Assembly (NCBI GenBank): GCA_017453485.1 | Contig: JAFTEW010000056.1 | Coordinates: 5,141 to 69,140 of the forward strand | DNA: 64,000 bases | Reading direction: 5' to 3' | DNA from: Alphaproteobacteria bacterium | Lineage (GTDB): Bacteria > Pseudomonadota > Alphaproteobacteria > CAAHEQ01 > UBA3637 | Part shown: piece by piece, positions 18,501 through 26,695 of the stretch | How positions within the stretch are numbered: the stretch's first letter is position 1 | How the letters are laid out: every line of letters begins with the position of its first letter | The notes under the pieces: model-generated | The model's input: the letters and a program-made list of their open reading frames with translations, nothing else | Database searches by the model: none | What the model was told of the DNA's origin: nothing | Translations under genes and position numbers: made by a program

Positions 18501-19172
18501 ATTTTTATCGTTGACCGTTCCGGACTCACCATTGAATAAAGACGCTTCCCGTTGCCGCTCGGCATCTTTATCTTTACATGGTGTTTCACAGATAACACAA
18601 TCCTTTGAATCGGTTGATTGCGCCTTTAACGGAATAGTTAATTCACTATCTGAAAAGACACCCGGATGATCCACACGCCACCGGACCAATAATGTGTTTT
18701 GAATCTGCCGTAAAGACAGCGGATTCCACATGACTTTAACTGTACAAGTTCCGTCTTTGGCAATCACTTTATTCGGCTCGCACGTCCCACCGAGGGTAAA
18801 ACCGTCCTGCTGTGTATCGGCCAAGTCCATTCCCATAAAGACAATAGGACTTTCCTTTGCCGTCATTGTAATAATTGCCTCGGCCTCGGATCCCAATACA
18901 ACACTGTCCATCGTGACGGAAGCCGGCTGAGCCTCTAACTGGCCATTACCGGTTCCAAATTCCGGCAGGTCTGCCCCACTCGCCCCGGCCAGCGGATCCA
19001 ATTCCGAGATACCGATCGGATTATCTTCTGCCACACCCCGACGACGACTGCCGCCATTCATCGTGCAATAGCCAACCAGCACCAGGATAATAATCCCCAG
19101 TCCCAATAACCAAAGAAAACGATTACTTCTTTTTGTATATTGCTCTGACGAGCTTACGCTTCTGTTAGCCAT
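12546..19172 (-). CDS. virB10: Giant VirB10 (2208 aa). N-terminal TM, ~1500-aa degenerate ~20-aa repeat module, conserved VirB10/TrbI C-terminal domain, plus a ~300-aa C-terminal tail.
   Basis: TM segment FLWLLGLGIIILVLVGYCTM. Repeats follow the pattern G.V(V/I).xxG.xIG.V.P.G.V. The C-terminal domain (AVLAHSIDSRHASVPVTAIVERHIYAEQGRRIIIPAGSRLIGS..ISWTRLIRPDGSAF) matches the VirB10 barrel/antenna region. Confidence 0.8.
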   Translation of the reverse strand: MANRSVSSSEQYTKRSNRFLWLLGLGIIILVLVGYCTMNGGSRRRGVAEDNPIGISELDPLAGASGADLPEFGTGNGQLEAQPASVTMDSVVLGSEAEAIITMTAKESPIVFMGMDLADTQQDGFTLGGTCEPNKVIAKDGTCTVKVMWNPLSLRQIQNTLLVRWRVDHPGVFSDSELTIPLKAQSTDSKDCVICETPCKDKDAERQREASLFNGESGTVNDKNEVEIGGETYKVKGNLLVDKDDHFVGIVEPERIPIDINNKMMGTISKTGDVTDADGKAVGRLVGDDTIVDSSLKVLGSAIPVVSVLNEQGRVLGVVTKEGTVVDGSKTVIGRPLVDGTVVNLAGEPIGYLEPQGLVINWLGQVIGGILPNGSIVNESNQTIGSIQPNGLAVDPDGELIGGVIPRGIAVGAACKALGRIMPNGQVKDGFSQVIGHTLLNGAVVDANGVDVGTAIRMGLVINEKGNVIGFVNSEGKVVDGKGSVIGCVNPDGTVSAGTKILGAVMPRGHVMGRGCQGIGSVYPNGVVMNAAVEVVGQVRPDSHVVNVNHRIIGVVVPRGAAIADGCRFLGLITPEGYVMDENGLIIGCMNPEKQIIDKQEEVIGFVAPMGLVVSPTGKVIGRTRLDGKVIDNDGNVIGCVNSDGTVTGQDGKTPIGILLGAEPGDGAVLNENGDDTGLKVVGTDVYGPDGQKVGRLLPNNWVVNDKDEIIAVVPPDGVIFGHDGVILGRYSRKTGMALTPSGERFGYVLPDYSVLNTEKNTVIGLLVPDKTAFMDPKGGYLATMTVDGILQNQDGESLGVIKSDGTVVNRAGQTVGVRIPQGKVFSVTGREVGTVNGKGEVISAAQTVIGHVLGNGLAISNDGRVLGGIFPDISLPIGADGLLGALTYQGKINDARGRQIGVASPFGTIYSERENISGRLLRIGPYVDSTGQLIGWANFKGGINDKSGNAVGTVSVTGVALNADNQVLGTLVPRGIVVSENGSYLTAVSTNGQVLTANGQNIGLMNGYTYVFNNKDGIVGQLLQPGVAVNADGGFIGWTRFDGAVEDGQNVIGHVTLDGQVVHTDGSVLGAYIPLGTLVMADKTGFMGLVDGKGQVVNGRGDKVASVTNQTYAVQDGRIVGRLMQKSLAVKDNVNGRLSGMAGADGIVMVVNNNKPLGNLTANGLVVDLTKKVVAGLSPVGLPIGTKLGLMGIPLPTGQILTDGQESGTAVGTGSGAVYDSQGQLIGGILSPATFIDRNGVVIGRSSGTVEILGKDGHKLAEYMPYGSALTPDTIWAGGALPVGQVVNDDGYDIGVIALDGTISGKEGLLMGRILSDGSAVGLSDRQMYSTMPYVGHVIKQGLPFSYRNQVMGRTTVTGDIVDAADKKVYRELDDGSVLGKDLPIDGMVLSFNPATGHDGQVLGMLDGEGKVVSYAGEEVGQIAVNGAVKGTHKYRILGGLVPEQLVVNECKVLGQVSFNGQVINGQGNAVGRVTPDKWAVDGAENRIGRAAQNGLVASISGDYLGRTLPDSTVVDVNGIVMGCARNDGTVVNGSGDAVGHVVERGLAIDPNGGACGRIKHNGIVVDGAGKIVGKVIGDGKGSIINQEGEIICRVVTPDEELMFDSRGNIRGSFGRNGMFKDPKGNEQFQVLPNGDIIDPKTRRKIATLTDDDKLVDPNGNEVSDIRVVRDPDGNFIGLILDNGDIVGFDGTTKGKLGDDGIVRDLNDNVISDVELFGIDLEKIAPALMLGDGPGAMSGDRRIFLGGEMFNVTPQGSLIDKDGNIIGYMGEDGRPYSLDDRALSGTGGPTGRPDIKKPIEVPQEHKDAMDSLLATRRAAMKSKIRSYERMLPDVRTLARARKKQDLDWGEPKIVSSYPVDMSRMILKDKAIPAVLAHSIDSRHASVPVTAIVERHIYAEQGRRIIIPAGSRLIGSAGGGGGGAGGSHVNKMEISWTRLIRPDGSAFTFSATSGDAQGRGGVAAYLDEQLLKKYGRPVLQSTLTSAIAFVTATNDDITNKDNGDQVMSSRAQAANDARSNFIDSMSQIFQQLLNESMNIDEVVFVPAGTRLTVFSNSDLWLRSEIEDEQDYLAAYGADTKKARPASKGNWIEPRSGEMSELASERGIATDIGGGSVVVDDGVGYYNPDYETIYTNRDVLYNDRAGMGGGAAIYNGETDTDNQAAAETAPATGSTPSVAVVPTANTGTNRQVVNPIFPRTQQQTDKKLF

Positions 19173-19205
19173 TGCACCTAACCTCTTTTAATCAAATATT
19201 ATTCT

Positions 19206-21074
19206 TTATTGAATCCGAACAACCGAGCACGAGAATCCCCGACGACCGAGTTTTCGACACAAAGTATCACCCGCTTTAATACTTTTCACCGGACCGACAC
19301 GAAGGCGGAACAATTCCCGAACATCTCCATCAGCCGTTGCATCAATGGAATAATACGGTTCATATCCTTTCAACAAATCTTCGTTTTTCCCGTAAATATT
19401 ATCCCATTCGGATTCCAAAGCAGCAATATTCGGATTTGCCCCCAACTCAACGGCTATTGATTCCGTGGTCGTTGTTGTCACTCGACGATTCCGAACGCCG
19501 GCAGAAACTGGTTTTACCGATGCATCCTGATATCCCGCCGACATCGGAGAAACCGCCGTATTACCCGACAAAGTAATATCGCCCATCACATTATCGATTC
19601 CGGCACGAGCAGCCTGTGACTGCAATACAGCCGGCGGAATTGTCTGCATCGGCGCCATTTGATCGCCCGCCACAGCCTGATAAGCATTACCGTTTGTCGC
19701 TCCGTGTTGCGGCTGCTGATCACAGTATTCATATTCACCATCCGGGCAACGACCGGCATCACAACACCCACGCCCGTTTCCGCGACCATCAGCATCCGAA
19801 CCGTAGCCGGCTCCGCCGTTAATCGGTTCACCATCCATATTCAGAGCCGTTTGCTTACGTGCCAACAGAGCATCAATGGACATAGCACCATCACCGGCAC
19901 CGTAGTTATCCGGTAGATGTGGCGCGTTCCACCGTTCCGGACGGGCACTATCCGCACTATAATCCGTCCATTCCAAGCCGGTTGCCGGATCACGACGCAG
20001 TTTCAGGCAAATCAATTTCTTCCCATTTCTCAGGACCATATCACCGATTCCTTCCACAACGATTAAACGACTATTCGGCCCCCGCGTTCTGAACCCGACA
20101 GGCACTTCGGAATCTTCAACAATTAAGTTGACAATCGGCCGTTGTGTCATCGTTAAGGCCTTCGGACCCAAGTCAATATAGGTAAAAATATTATCCCGCC
20201 ATACATTATCCGGAGCGATATCAATATCACTCGGATTCGGCAGATACATATCAATATCAAAGCGGAAAGATTCCGGATCAACCGGAATGGATGCCAACCA
20301 ATCTTTCGGTCCCGTTGAAGCCGTATTCAGCCCAATTTGCGGATTTTGAGCGCCACCCGGCACCAAATTACTTTGTCCGGCCCAACCCGGTGCAGAAGAA
20401 AAGCCACTGGCCATTGCCGAAGACATCGTCACCGAAGCACCGTTATAACTGCCGAGCGATCCGCCGGCACTAACCGGTGTATAACGTTGTCCGACCAACA
20501 CATCCACAACGGATTGTGTGATTTTATCGGTATTATAGGTTTCACTCCGCAAATAGAACACATACCGATTACCAGAGCGACCAAACACAATCATATTGCA
20601 ATCAACACCGATATAGGAGGGATCGGCATACAGAAGGAGAGAATTCGGCGCCGCAATTTCACCACCAAAGGATTCCGGAGAACCGATATGGACTTTTTCA
20701 ATCAATTCCCATGTCGGCAGGTTAATCAAGGTCATCATCCCTTCACGCAGACGAATCGGCAACACAACATCCGGAGACCAGTTATAGCGTGAATACCCTG
20801 GTTTCAATTGTCCTTCTCCCATATGAGACAGCGGATCATTCCATGCTTTTTGTTGCATGCCCAAGGAGTGAATATACCCCAAATTCATTTGGTCAAACTC
20901 ACCGGTTGTCTGCGCAATCGCGTCTTCCAACTGAGCCGCTTCCGTATCGGTCGGCAACATTTGTTGAGCCATTGCCCCCGTTGCCATCAAAACAGATACG
21001 GCAACAGCACCTAACCAATTCATTTTGTGCATATTTTTTTTCGTCATTATTGATTTCTCCTTCATATTTGACAT
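19206..21074 (-). CDS. virB9: VirB9 with C-terminal extension ending in a SPOR-like peptidoglycan-binding domain
   Basis: Signal peptide. VirB9 N- and C-domains (e.g. ESFRFDIDMYLPNP...RPIVNLIVEDSEVPVGFRTRGPNSRLIVVEG). The terminal ELFRLRVGPVKSIKAGDTLCRKLGRRGFSCSVVRIQ aligns with the FtsN/DedD SPOR consensus (..RVxIGPVK....A..L..KL...G.....V). Confidence 0.75.
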   Translation of the reverse strand: MSNMKEKSIMTKKNMHKMNWLGAVAVSVLMATGAMAQQMLPTDTEAAQLEDAIAQTTGEFDQMNLGYIHSLGMQQKAWNDPLSHMGEGQLKPGYSRYNWSPDVVLPIRLREGMMTLINLPTWELIEKVHIGSPESFGGEIAAPNSLLLYADPSYIGVDCNMIVFGRSGNRYVFYLRSETYNTDKITQSVVDVLVGQRYTPVSAGGSLGSYNGASVTMSSAMASGFSSAPGWAGQSNLVPGGAQNPQIGLNTASTGPKDWLASIPVDPESFRFDIDMYLPNPSDIDIAPDNVWRDNIFTYIDLGPKALTMTQRPIVNLIVEDSEVPVGFRTRGPNSRLIVVEGIGDMVLRNGKKLICLKLRRDPATGLEWTDYSADSARPERWNAPHLPDNYGAGDGAMSIDALLARKQTALNMDGEPINGGAGYGSDADGRGNGRGCCDAGRCPDGEYEYCDQQPQHGATNGNAYQAVAGDQMAPMQTIPPAVLQSQAARAGIDNVMGDITLSGNTAVSPMSAGYQDASVKPVSAGVRNRRVTTTTTESIAVELGANPNIAALESEWDNIYGKNEDLLKGYEPYYSIDATADGDVRELFRLRVGPVKSIKAGDTLCRKLGRRGFSCSVVRIQ

Positions 21075-21146
21075 GCCTTGATTGTTTTATCCTAAACAAA
21101 AATAGAAACAAAGTCCACAAAAAAATGAAATTTTTATGTTTTTTGC

Positions 21147-21860
21147 TTACTCTTTCTCCTTATCACGCTTAATCGTTGTGGACAACACCCGCTGTGCATA
21201 CCCGTCAACCTGGAATCCCAACGGATTTTGAAGCCTTTGTTCCCAGGTAATCCCACTACGCAACTGACCGAAACGAATACGCATTTCCACGAGCCAGGTT
21301 GTTTTCTCGGGCTCAGGCATACTCCGACTCCGGTCAATCAAAGTCACTTCTGCATTCCAAATGATTTGATTGTCATTCCTGGGAATCTTGCGAACGTTAT
21401 TCAATTGCACATCCCGGGTCAGTCCTTCTTCCTCGGCCATCTTAATCAAACCTTTGGCATAATCGTTCAAAAACGTAATATAGACAGCATCACTACTCAT
21501 CCATTGGATACTGCCTTCCTGTTCCCAACGGCGTTTTAATTCGGCGACATCCGATCCGATCCCCAACCGGGCCAATAAGTATTCCCGCACAAAAGATTCT
21601 TGAAGCGCTTTTGATTGTAGCACTTTCGGGTTTGGCCGATTAATCCGCACAATCTGCTTGTCTTTATCCTGAGTCCAAATATAAAACGGTTGCACACGCA
21701 CCAGCGGACGTAGCGAATCAATCGCCGACAACAAAATCAAATCCGCAATCAACGTCACCACACACACCAGTCCGAAGACCCGTGCCATCCACAGATAACT
21801 TCTTTCTTTAACGGCTTCTTCCGAAATATCGTTTTGCCCGTTCAGGCCGGGAAGTTTCAT
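21147..21860 (-). CDS. virB8: VirB8 (paralog a)
   Basis: N-terminal TM helix. NTF2-like region ending with the VirB8 hallmark NPLGFQVDGY. Confidence 0.7.
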   Translation of the reverse strand: MKLPGLNGQNDISEEAVKERSYLWMARVFGLVCVVTLIADLILLSAIDSLRPLVRVQPFYIWTQDKDKQIVRINRPNPKVLQSKALQESFVREYLLARLGIGSDVAELKRRWEQEGSIQWMSSDAVYITFLNDYAKGLIKMAEEEGLTRDVQLNNVRKIPRNDNQIIWNAEVTLIDRSRSMPEPEKTTWLVEMRIRFGQLRSGITWEQRLQNPLGFQVDGYAQRVLSTTIKRDKEKE

Positions 21861-21880
21861 ATGCCCAAACCCCTTTTATC

Positions 21881-22057
21881 CTACGAGAACCATTCCGGTA
21901 AAGCCGGAGCCTTATCCAACTTTAAACACGCACAAGGAGATTTCTTCAATTCCGACCAATCAGGACCGATACCGACCGGTTCTTTTTCATAAATTGACCC
22001 GCAAGCCGCTAAGATCAAAGCACCAACAGCAAAAACAGTAAGTAAAATTTTCTTCAT
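21881..22057 (-). CDS. VirB7-like small lipoprotein (58 aa)
   Basis: Internal start MKKILLTVFAVGALILAACGS (lipobox LAAC). Size and position between two virB8 genes match the rvhB7 arrangement. Confidence 0.5.
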   Translation of the reverse strand: MKKILLTVFAVGALILAACGSIYEKEPVGIGPDWSELKKSPCACLKLDKAPALPEWFS

Positions 22058-22145
22058 TTTGGTTAATTCCTTTGCAAAAAAATACGAAACCGTATTCAAT
22101 TTAGCACAGAAAAAAGAAATAGCCAACAAAAATTTTAAATTTTTA

Positions 22146-22781
22146 CTATTTTTTTATTTCGCTTCCGCTATACCCTGTTTCATCATAGGAAACAACATAC
22201 ATGCCAAACGGGTTGGCGAAATCACGGGCAAAATTACGAAACGCCCGATTATAGCCGATTTTAACGGTTGCTCGCCGCGTTCCGCCGGGGATGACTTTCC
22301 CTTTATTATAACTGTATAATCTGAAATCAACCGTAAAAGTATTATCCCGCCGTGTCACATTCAAAATATCAACTGTTCGCGCTCCGTCATCGTTGGCGAT
22401 ATTTTCGGCATAATTCCCTTTACCGGCAATAAATTTATTGTAAATTGCCGGAGCAGACAACCGACCGACAGGCCCTCTTGGCCCATAGCGATAATCCAAT
22501 TCGGCCCGATCGGGAATGTAAAAATGCCTGTTTTCAATATAAAAGCGAACCATCATTTCATCAATCAAGCGCCGCTCTTGCGCATTTAAGGCATTGATAT
22601 TTGTTGCCTCAATCAGTTGTGGGAAAGTCATACTGTCCGGTGAAAACATCTGAGGGATAACTTTTACCTGTGGTGCCATATTCAATAAGGTTAAAACCAA
22701 CAAAATACACGCCGTCATCAATACAATCGATAACCCAATCCAAAATTTCAGAGAAACAGTTGATAACCTGATTGATTGCAT
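22146..22781 (-). CDS. virB8: VirB8 (paralog b)
   Basis: TM helix. C-terminal FANPFGMYVVSYDETGY matches the VirB8 NPLGFxVTSY motif. Confidence 0.6.
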   Translation of the reverse strand: MQSIRLSTVSLKFWIGLSIVLMTACILLVLTLLNMAPQVKVIPQMFSPDSMTFPQLIEATNINALNAQERRLIDEMMVRFYIENRHFYIPDRAELDYRYGPRGPVGRLSAPAIYNKFIAGKGNYAENIANDDGARTVDILNVTRRDNTFTVDFRLYSYNKGKVIPGGTRRATVKIGYNRAFRNFARDFANPFGMYVVSYDETGYSGSEIKK

Positions 22782-22786
22782 CCGAA

Positions 22787-24379
22787 CTAAACACCCCCGT
22801 TTAAACAGGTTTCGTCAATCGGTTGAGCCGCCGAAGCAGCCAGCATTTTTTCCAGTTCATCCCGCCCTTGCATCATAACGGCCGCGGCCTGTGTTTCTTT
22901 CATCATCTTGTCAACTTCGCCCGCATTGGCACCATTTAAGAAAACACGTCCTTCTTTATCCTTTTTCAATGCCGCTAATAAATTCTGATCCTGTTCATGC
23001 ATGGAAGCCGGCATCTGGGTTTGCAACTCCTCAAAAGCCTCTGGATTCATCTTCTTTAATTCCGCAATATCAGCAATATCTTCCAGTTTCAGACGAGATT
23101 CATGAACATCATCATCAGCAGTATCACGCCGATTCATCTCTAATTCTGCTTCATTTAACAAAGGCAGATACATCTGCTGTAATTGTTGTAAAACAGCGGC
23201 TTGTTGATCCAAATCCAATAAATCGACCGTATCCTTACTGCCGGGCAGAAATTGTTCCAATTGTTCTTTCAAACTGGATAACCGACTGTCCGCCTGTTCC
23301 AACACCAAACTTTCCAATCGACGCGTTGTATCTACCGTCTGGCTCATCGTATCGTAGGCTACCAGCCGATTGGTTTGTTTCTGACGTTTTGCACTCTCTT
23401 TCATGGTCAGTCCCTGGCTGAAATCCTGTGCCATTTCTCCGGTTGGATTAACATCTGCGAACCGACCTTCCGCATATTTTTTCCAGGGTTCAGGCATTAC
23501 GGGGTAAATCTGTTTTTCCGGAACTTCCGATTCAACATAAATCATCATTTCATTTTTTGGCGGTAGCGGCCGGGGTGCTATCGGCGGTTTTCGAAAAGAC
23601 GATGGCAAAGCCGCTGTTTTTGCCGGATTCTTAGCCGCCAGCAATGCTACATATTCCCGATGCGCTTTCTCTACATCTTCGGCTTTGGCGTAGTCATATT
23701 TTTCATCCCCGATTCGGGGGCGCATCTGCGGTGGCACCCCGAAGTAAGTATTCAATTTTGTATAGAAAGAATCCCACTCTTTATCAAATGTATATTTCTG
23801 GTCGGCCCACAAAGGAAAAGTCGTGTTTTCCTTTGTCTTCGGACGTTCCCCCCATTGATCCTGATTTTGATAAACATCAACCAAAATATCACGACCGACC
23901 CGCCACGGTGCAAATAATTCCGCAGCCATTTCCGGGGTCATTTCTCCATTTTCCATATAGCGTTTAAAAGCTTCACGATCCGCATCCGTTGCCTCGGTTG
24001 AGTTAATATAGATGCTTAATCCCTTTTCCCGATCGGCATAGGCTTCTTTCATCTTATTCCAAACCTCTTCGGGTTTTTCAAAAGACTCTTCCAATTTTTG
24101 AATACTGCATTTTTCCAGAGCAGCCAAACGATCTTCTTCTACCTGGCGCATGTGAACCGTTGTCAACAACTGATTCCGAATTTGGTCTAAATTCCGAATT
24201 TCAAACATCAGGTTATGGAGCGCCAAAGCTTTTTTTAAAGCCTTGCGCTCCACACCCGTCACTTTCATGATTTTCCCTTTATTTGTCGGTGTCACCGTAT
24301 CAAAAGAAAGATCAGCCCCCTGACATACACCGACCCCAATCACCAAGCCGGCTACTATTCCCGCAGCCCAGTATTTCAT
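22787..24379 (-). CDS. Secreted 530-aa protein of unknown function within the T4SS locus (Pro-rich segment, coiled-coil C-terminus)
   Basis: Signal peptide. No recognisable catalytic motif. 4-nt overlaps with both neighbours suggest co-translation with them. Confidence 0.5.
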   Translation of the reverse strand: MKYWAAGIVAGLVIGVGVCQGADLSFDTVTPTNKGKIMKVTGVERKALKKALALHNLMFEIRNLDQIRNQLLTTVHMRQVEEDRLAALEKCSIQKLEESFEKPEEVWNKMKEAYADREKGLSIYINSTEATDADREAFKRYMENGEMTPEMAAELFAPWRVGRDILVDVYQNQDQWGERPKTKENTTFPLWADQKYTFDKEWDSFYTKLNTYFGVPPQMRPRIGDEKYDYAKAEDVEKAHREYVALLAAKNPAKTAALPSSFRKPPIAPRPLPPKNEMMIYVESEVPEKQIYPVMPEPWKKYAEGRFADVNPTGEMAQDFSQGLTMKESAKRQKQTNRLVAYDTMSQTVDTTRRLESLVLEQADSRLSSLKEQLEQFLPGSKDTVDLLDLDQQAAVLQQLQQMYLPLLNEAELEMNRRDTADDDVHESRLKLEDIADIAELKKMNPEAFEELQTQMPASMHEQDQNLLAALKKDKEGRVFLNGANAGEVDKMMKETQAAAVMMQGRDELEKMLAASAAQPIDETCLNGGV

Positions 24380-25275
24380 TGTTGACCTTTCACATCGAGC
24401 GTATCCGATAGCGGAGTTGTCCCTTGCTCATACAATCCGGCTTTGGCCTGTAAACGCAGCCCCAAAACTTGCTGTTCCAAACTCAACAATTGATCATAAG
24501 CCAATCCATGATGAGCATACTGCCGTAATGTTTGGTTATAGTCATTTGTCTTTTCAACCGTTTTTTTACTATTTTGCGGATCCAAATCCTTTTTAGCATC
24601 AGACTCATCATATTTTGAGTCAACATCACCGACAACACTGCCGACTGTATCCGTCACGTTTTTACGCAACACAGCCGCCAAAGCCAACATACGAATAGCT
24701 TGTTCCTGTTCGGTATATTTCCGTTGTTGAAGATATGCCTCTTTTTCATTCATAGTTCCGGCAGACGACGTATAGTCTTTTTGTTGTTCTTGTGCCAATT
24801 CATAGGTCGTTTTACCGCCATCTTTGATGATTTCATCATCCTTCCCTTTGCCGACCATACCTTCACCGGCTTCCCCGGTAATACCACCGGTCTCAATTTC
24901 GATATTGGACAATTTAGCATCAACATCCTTCATCATGCCGTCTATTTTCTTTTTAGGGACAGATATTCTTTCCCGAATTTGTCCCTTTACTTCATTTTCC
25001 ACCTCAGTTCTGAGGCGAATAAATTCCTGTTCCGTTGCAACAATGGCATGAGTCGGAATACTGGTCACATCCAATACAGGCCAACGATCTTCGGTCACTT
25101 TTTCCACAAACCGTTTGATAGCGGCATATTTATTGTTATCTGCGGCAAACTTACCAACCACCTCACCACCGATATCGGCCTGTGCCATCACCCGACATCC
25201 GATACCACAAGATAAAGCAATACCCGCTAACAATGTATATTTTAACACTTTATTCATCATAGTCCCCCTCCTCAT
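24376..25275 (-). CDS. Secreted alpha-helical protein, VirB5/TrbJ-like paralog 1
   Basis: Signal peptide. K/E/Q-rich helical composition. C-terminal helix LLSLEQQVLGLRLQAKAG and tail ...KGQQ, shared with the next paralog. Confidence 0.4.
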   Translation of the reverse strand: MRRGTMMNKVLKYTLLAGIALSCGIGCRVMAQADIGGEVVGKFAADNNKYAAIKRFVEKVTEDRWPVLDVTSIPTHAIVATEQEFIRLRTEVENEVKGQIRERISVPKKKIDGMMKDVDAKLSNIEIETGGITGEAGEGMVGKGKDDEIIKDGGKTTYELAQEQQKDYTSSAGTMNEKEAYLQQRKYTEQEQAIRMLALAAVLRKNVTDTVGSVVGDVDSKYDESDAKKDLDPQNSKKTVEKTNDYNQTLRQYAHHGLAYDQLLSLEQQVLGLRLQAKAGLYEQGTTPLSDTLDVKGQQ

Positions 25276-25964
25276 TGTTGACCTTGACCGGGATCTTCAA
25301 TCCGTTGCGGATCCAGTCCTAACAGCATTTGAGCGGCCTCTAATTCCATCAGTTTTGCCTGTAAAATCACGTTCGCCCCTTCCAGTTCTACCATCGTTTT
25401 TTTCGTTTGAATCATCATATCAATTTGATGAATATTGCCGCCAGCCGTTGTTTCAGCATCCTTTAAAACACTTTGTTCTTGGGCGACACTATGACGAATA
25501 GCCGCACTTAACGACAAAATCTCTTTAGCTAACGATTCAACATACGCATACCGCCGCTGCATACTCTCATTTTTATGAGCCTCTGTCACCTTAGACAAAT
25601 CCGGATCAAAAAAGAATTTTTCCCGAATATATCTATCGGCATCTTCTGCATTTTCAAACGCCGGCAGATACTTATCCGACCCCATAGTCATAATGTTCGC
25701 ATCTTTCAAAAAAGCATAGGAAGAACCCTTCAACAAATCTTTTTCTTTAACCTGCTTTTTCCCTTCCCAAATTTTGATTTCTTCCTCTTTGGAATGCACC
25801 TTATGGTATTCGGAAATCAGGGATAACATCCGTTGCACCCCCTGAACGGCAAACTCGGCCGTCCGCACGGCATCATAGACAAGAAATGCCTGGGCCGTTG
25901 ATACAGACAACCCTAACCCTAACCCCAGGGTCGCACATAACAGTGTTCTTTTGAAATTCTTCAT
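25272..25964 (-). CDS. Secreted alpha-helical protein, VirB5/TrbJ-like paralog 2
   Basis: The mature N-terminus AFLVYDAVRTAEFAVQGVQ resembles the VirB5/TrbJ 'xIPVxD + coiled coil' start. C-terminal ...ILQAKLMELEAAQMLLG...GQGQQ. Confidence 0.45.
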   Translation of the reverse strand: MKNFKRTLLCATLGLGLGLSVSTAQAFLVYDAVRTAEFAVQGVQRMLSLISEYHKVHSKEEEIKIWEGKKQVKEKDLLKGSSYAFLKDANIMTMGSDKYLPAFENAEDADRYIREKFFFDPDLSKVTEAHKNESMQRRYAYVESLAKEILSLSAAIRHSVAQEQSVLKDAETTAGGNIHQIDMMIQTKKTMVELEGANVILQAKLMELEAAQMLLGLDPQRIEDPGQGQQ

Positions 25965-25975
25965 AAGCCGCCTCC

Positions 25976-26683
25976 TTAAATTTTGCTGCCGCTTTGGGCT
26001 GTTTTATCGGTTGTATAAACATCCCCCGCAATAATGTTGTCAATCGAGTTCAATTCAACAATCTTGGCCCGTAGCGCTGTTATTTCATTTGTTTTTTGCA
26101 GATGCTGTGCCTGTAATTTAGCCACACCCTTTAACATATTCAACACATCATCATTTTGTTCAATGACCTTTCCCATTGCGTCAATATCTTCCTTACCGGA
26201 TTTAGTTGCCAACGCCACAGCACGCTTACCCATAGCCACCGCTCGGGTTGCCGCATTAACCTGAATCTTGTTTTGATTTTCACGAACTGAGTTAATGTTA
26301 TTTTGGAAATCGTATTCTTGTTCCTTCCCGGCCACGGTATCACGTTTGACCAACATGACCTTAATAATTTCCTGGCGTAACTTTTCCATATCCGTACCAC
26401 CGGAACCGGTCCCATAGCCCCCATCACTTTTTCCAAAGTAATCACCGCCGTTCCATGTTTGGGTACCATCGGTCGGCTTACCGTATTTTTCCTGAACTTC
26501 ATAAAACTTACGGAGCGCTCTCTCCCGTAAAGAACCTTCCAGTTCTTTACCATCATGTTTCACGGAAACAATTTCACCGTTCACGATTTCAATCACGACA
26601 CCTTCATACCAACAGGCTACCGCCCCCTGTGCCCCCAGGATAATTGCACCGGCCAGCATCATTTTTAAAAATTTATTCACCAT
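25976..26683 (-). CDS. Secreted alpha-helical protein, paralog 3
   Basis: Signal peptide. Gly-rich loop. C-terminal amphipathic helix. Confidence 0.4.
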   Translation of the reverse strand: MVNKFLKMMLAGAIILGAQGAVACWYEGVVIEIVNGEIVSVKHDGKELEGSLRERALRKFYEVQEKYGKPTDGTQTWNGGDYFGKSDGGYGTGSGGTDMEKLRQEIIKVMLVKRDTVAGKEQEYDFQNNINSVRENQNKIQVNAATRAVAMGKRAVALATKSGKEDIDAMGKVIEQNDDVLNMLKGVAKLQAQHLQKTNEITALRAKIVELNSIDNIIAGDVYTTDKTAQSGSKI

Positions 26684-26695
26684 GATGTTTCCCTC

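Noticed and set aside
13873-18930. Plus-strand ORFs of 60–140 aa scattered through the virB10 region
   Set aside because: They are antisense to a continuous 2208-codon ORF whose conserved VirB10 domain is in the same frame as the repeats. They have a Pro/Ser/Thr-rich composition typical of reverse-frame artefacts of G.V-repeat DNA.
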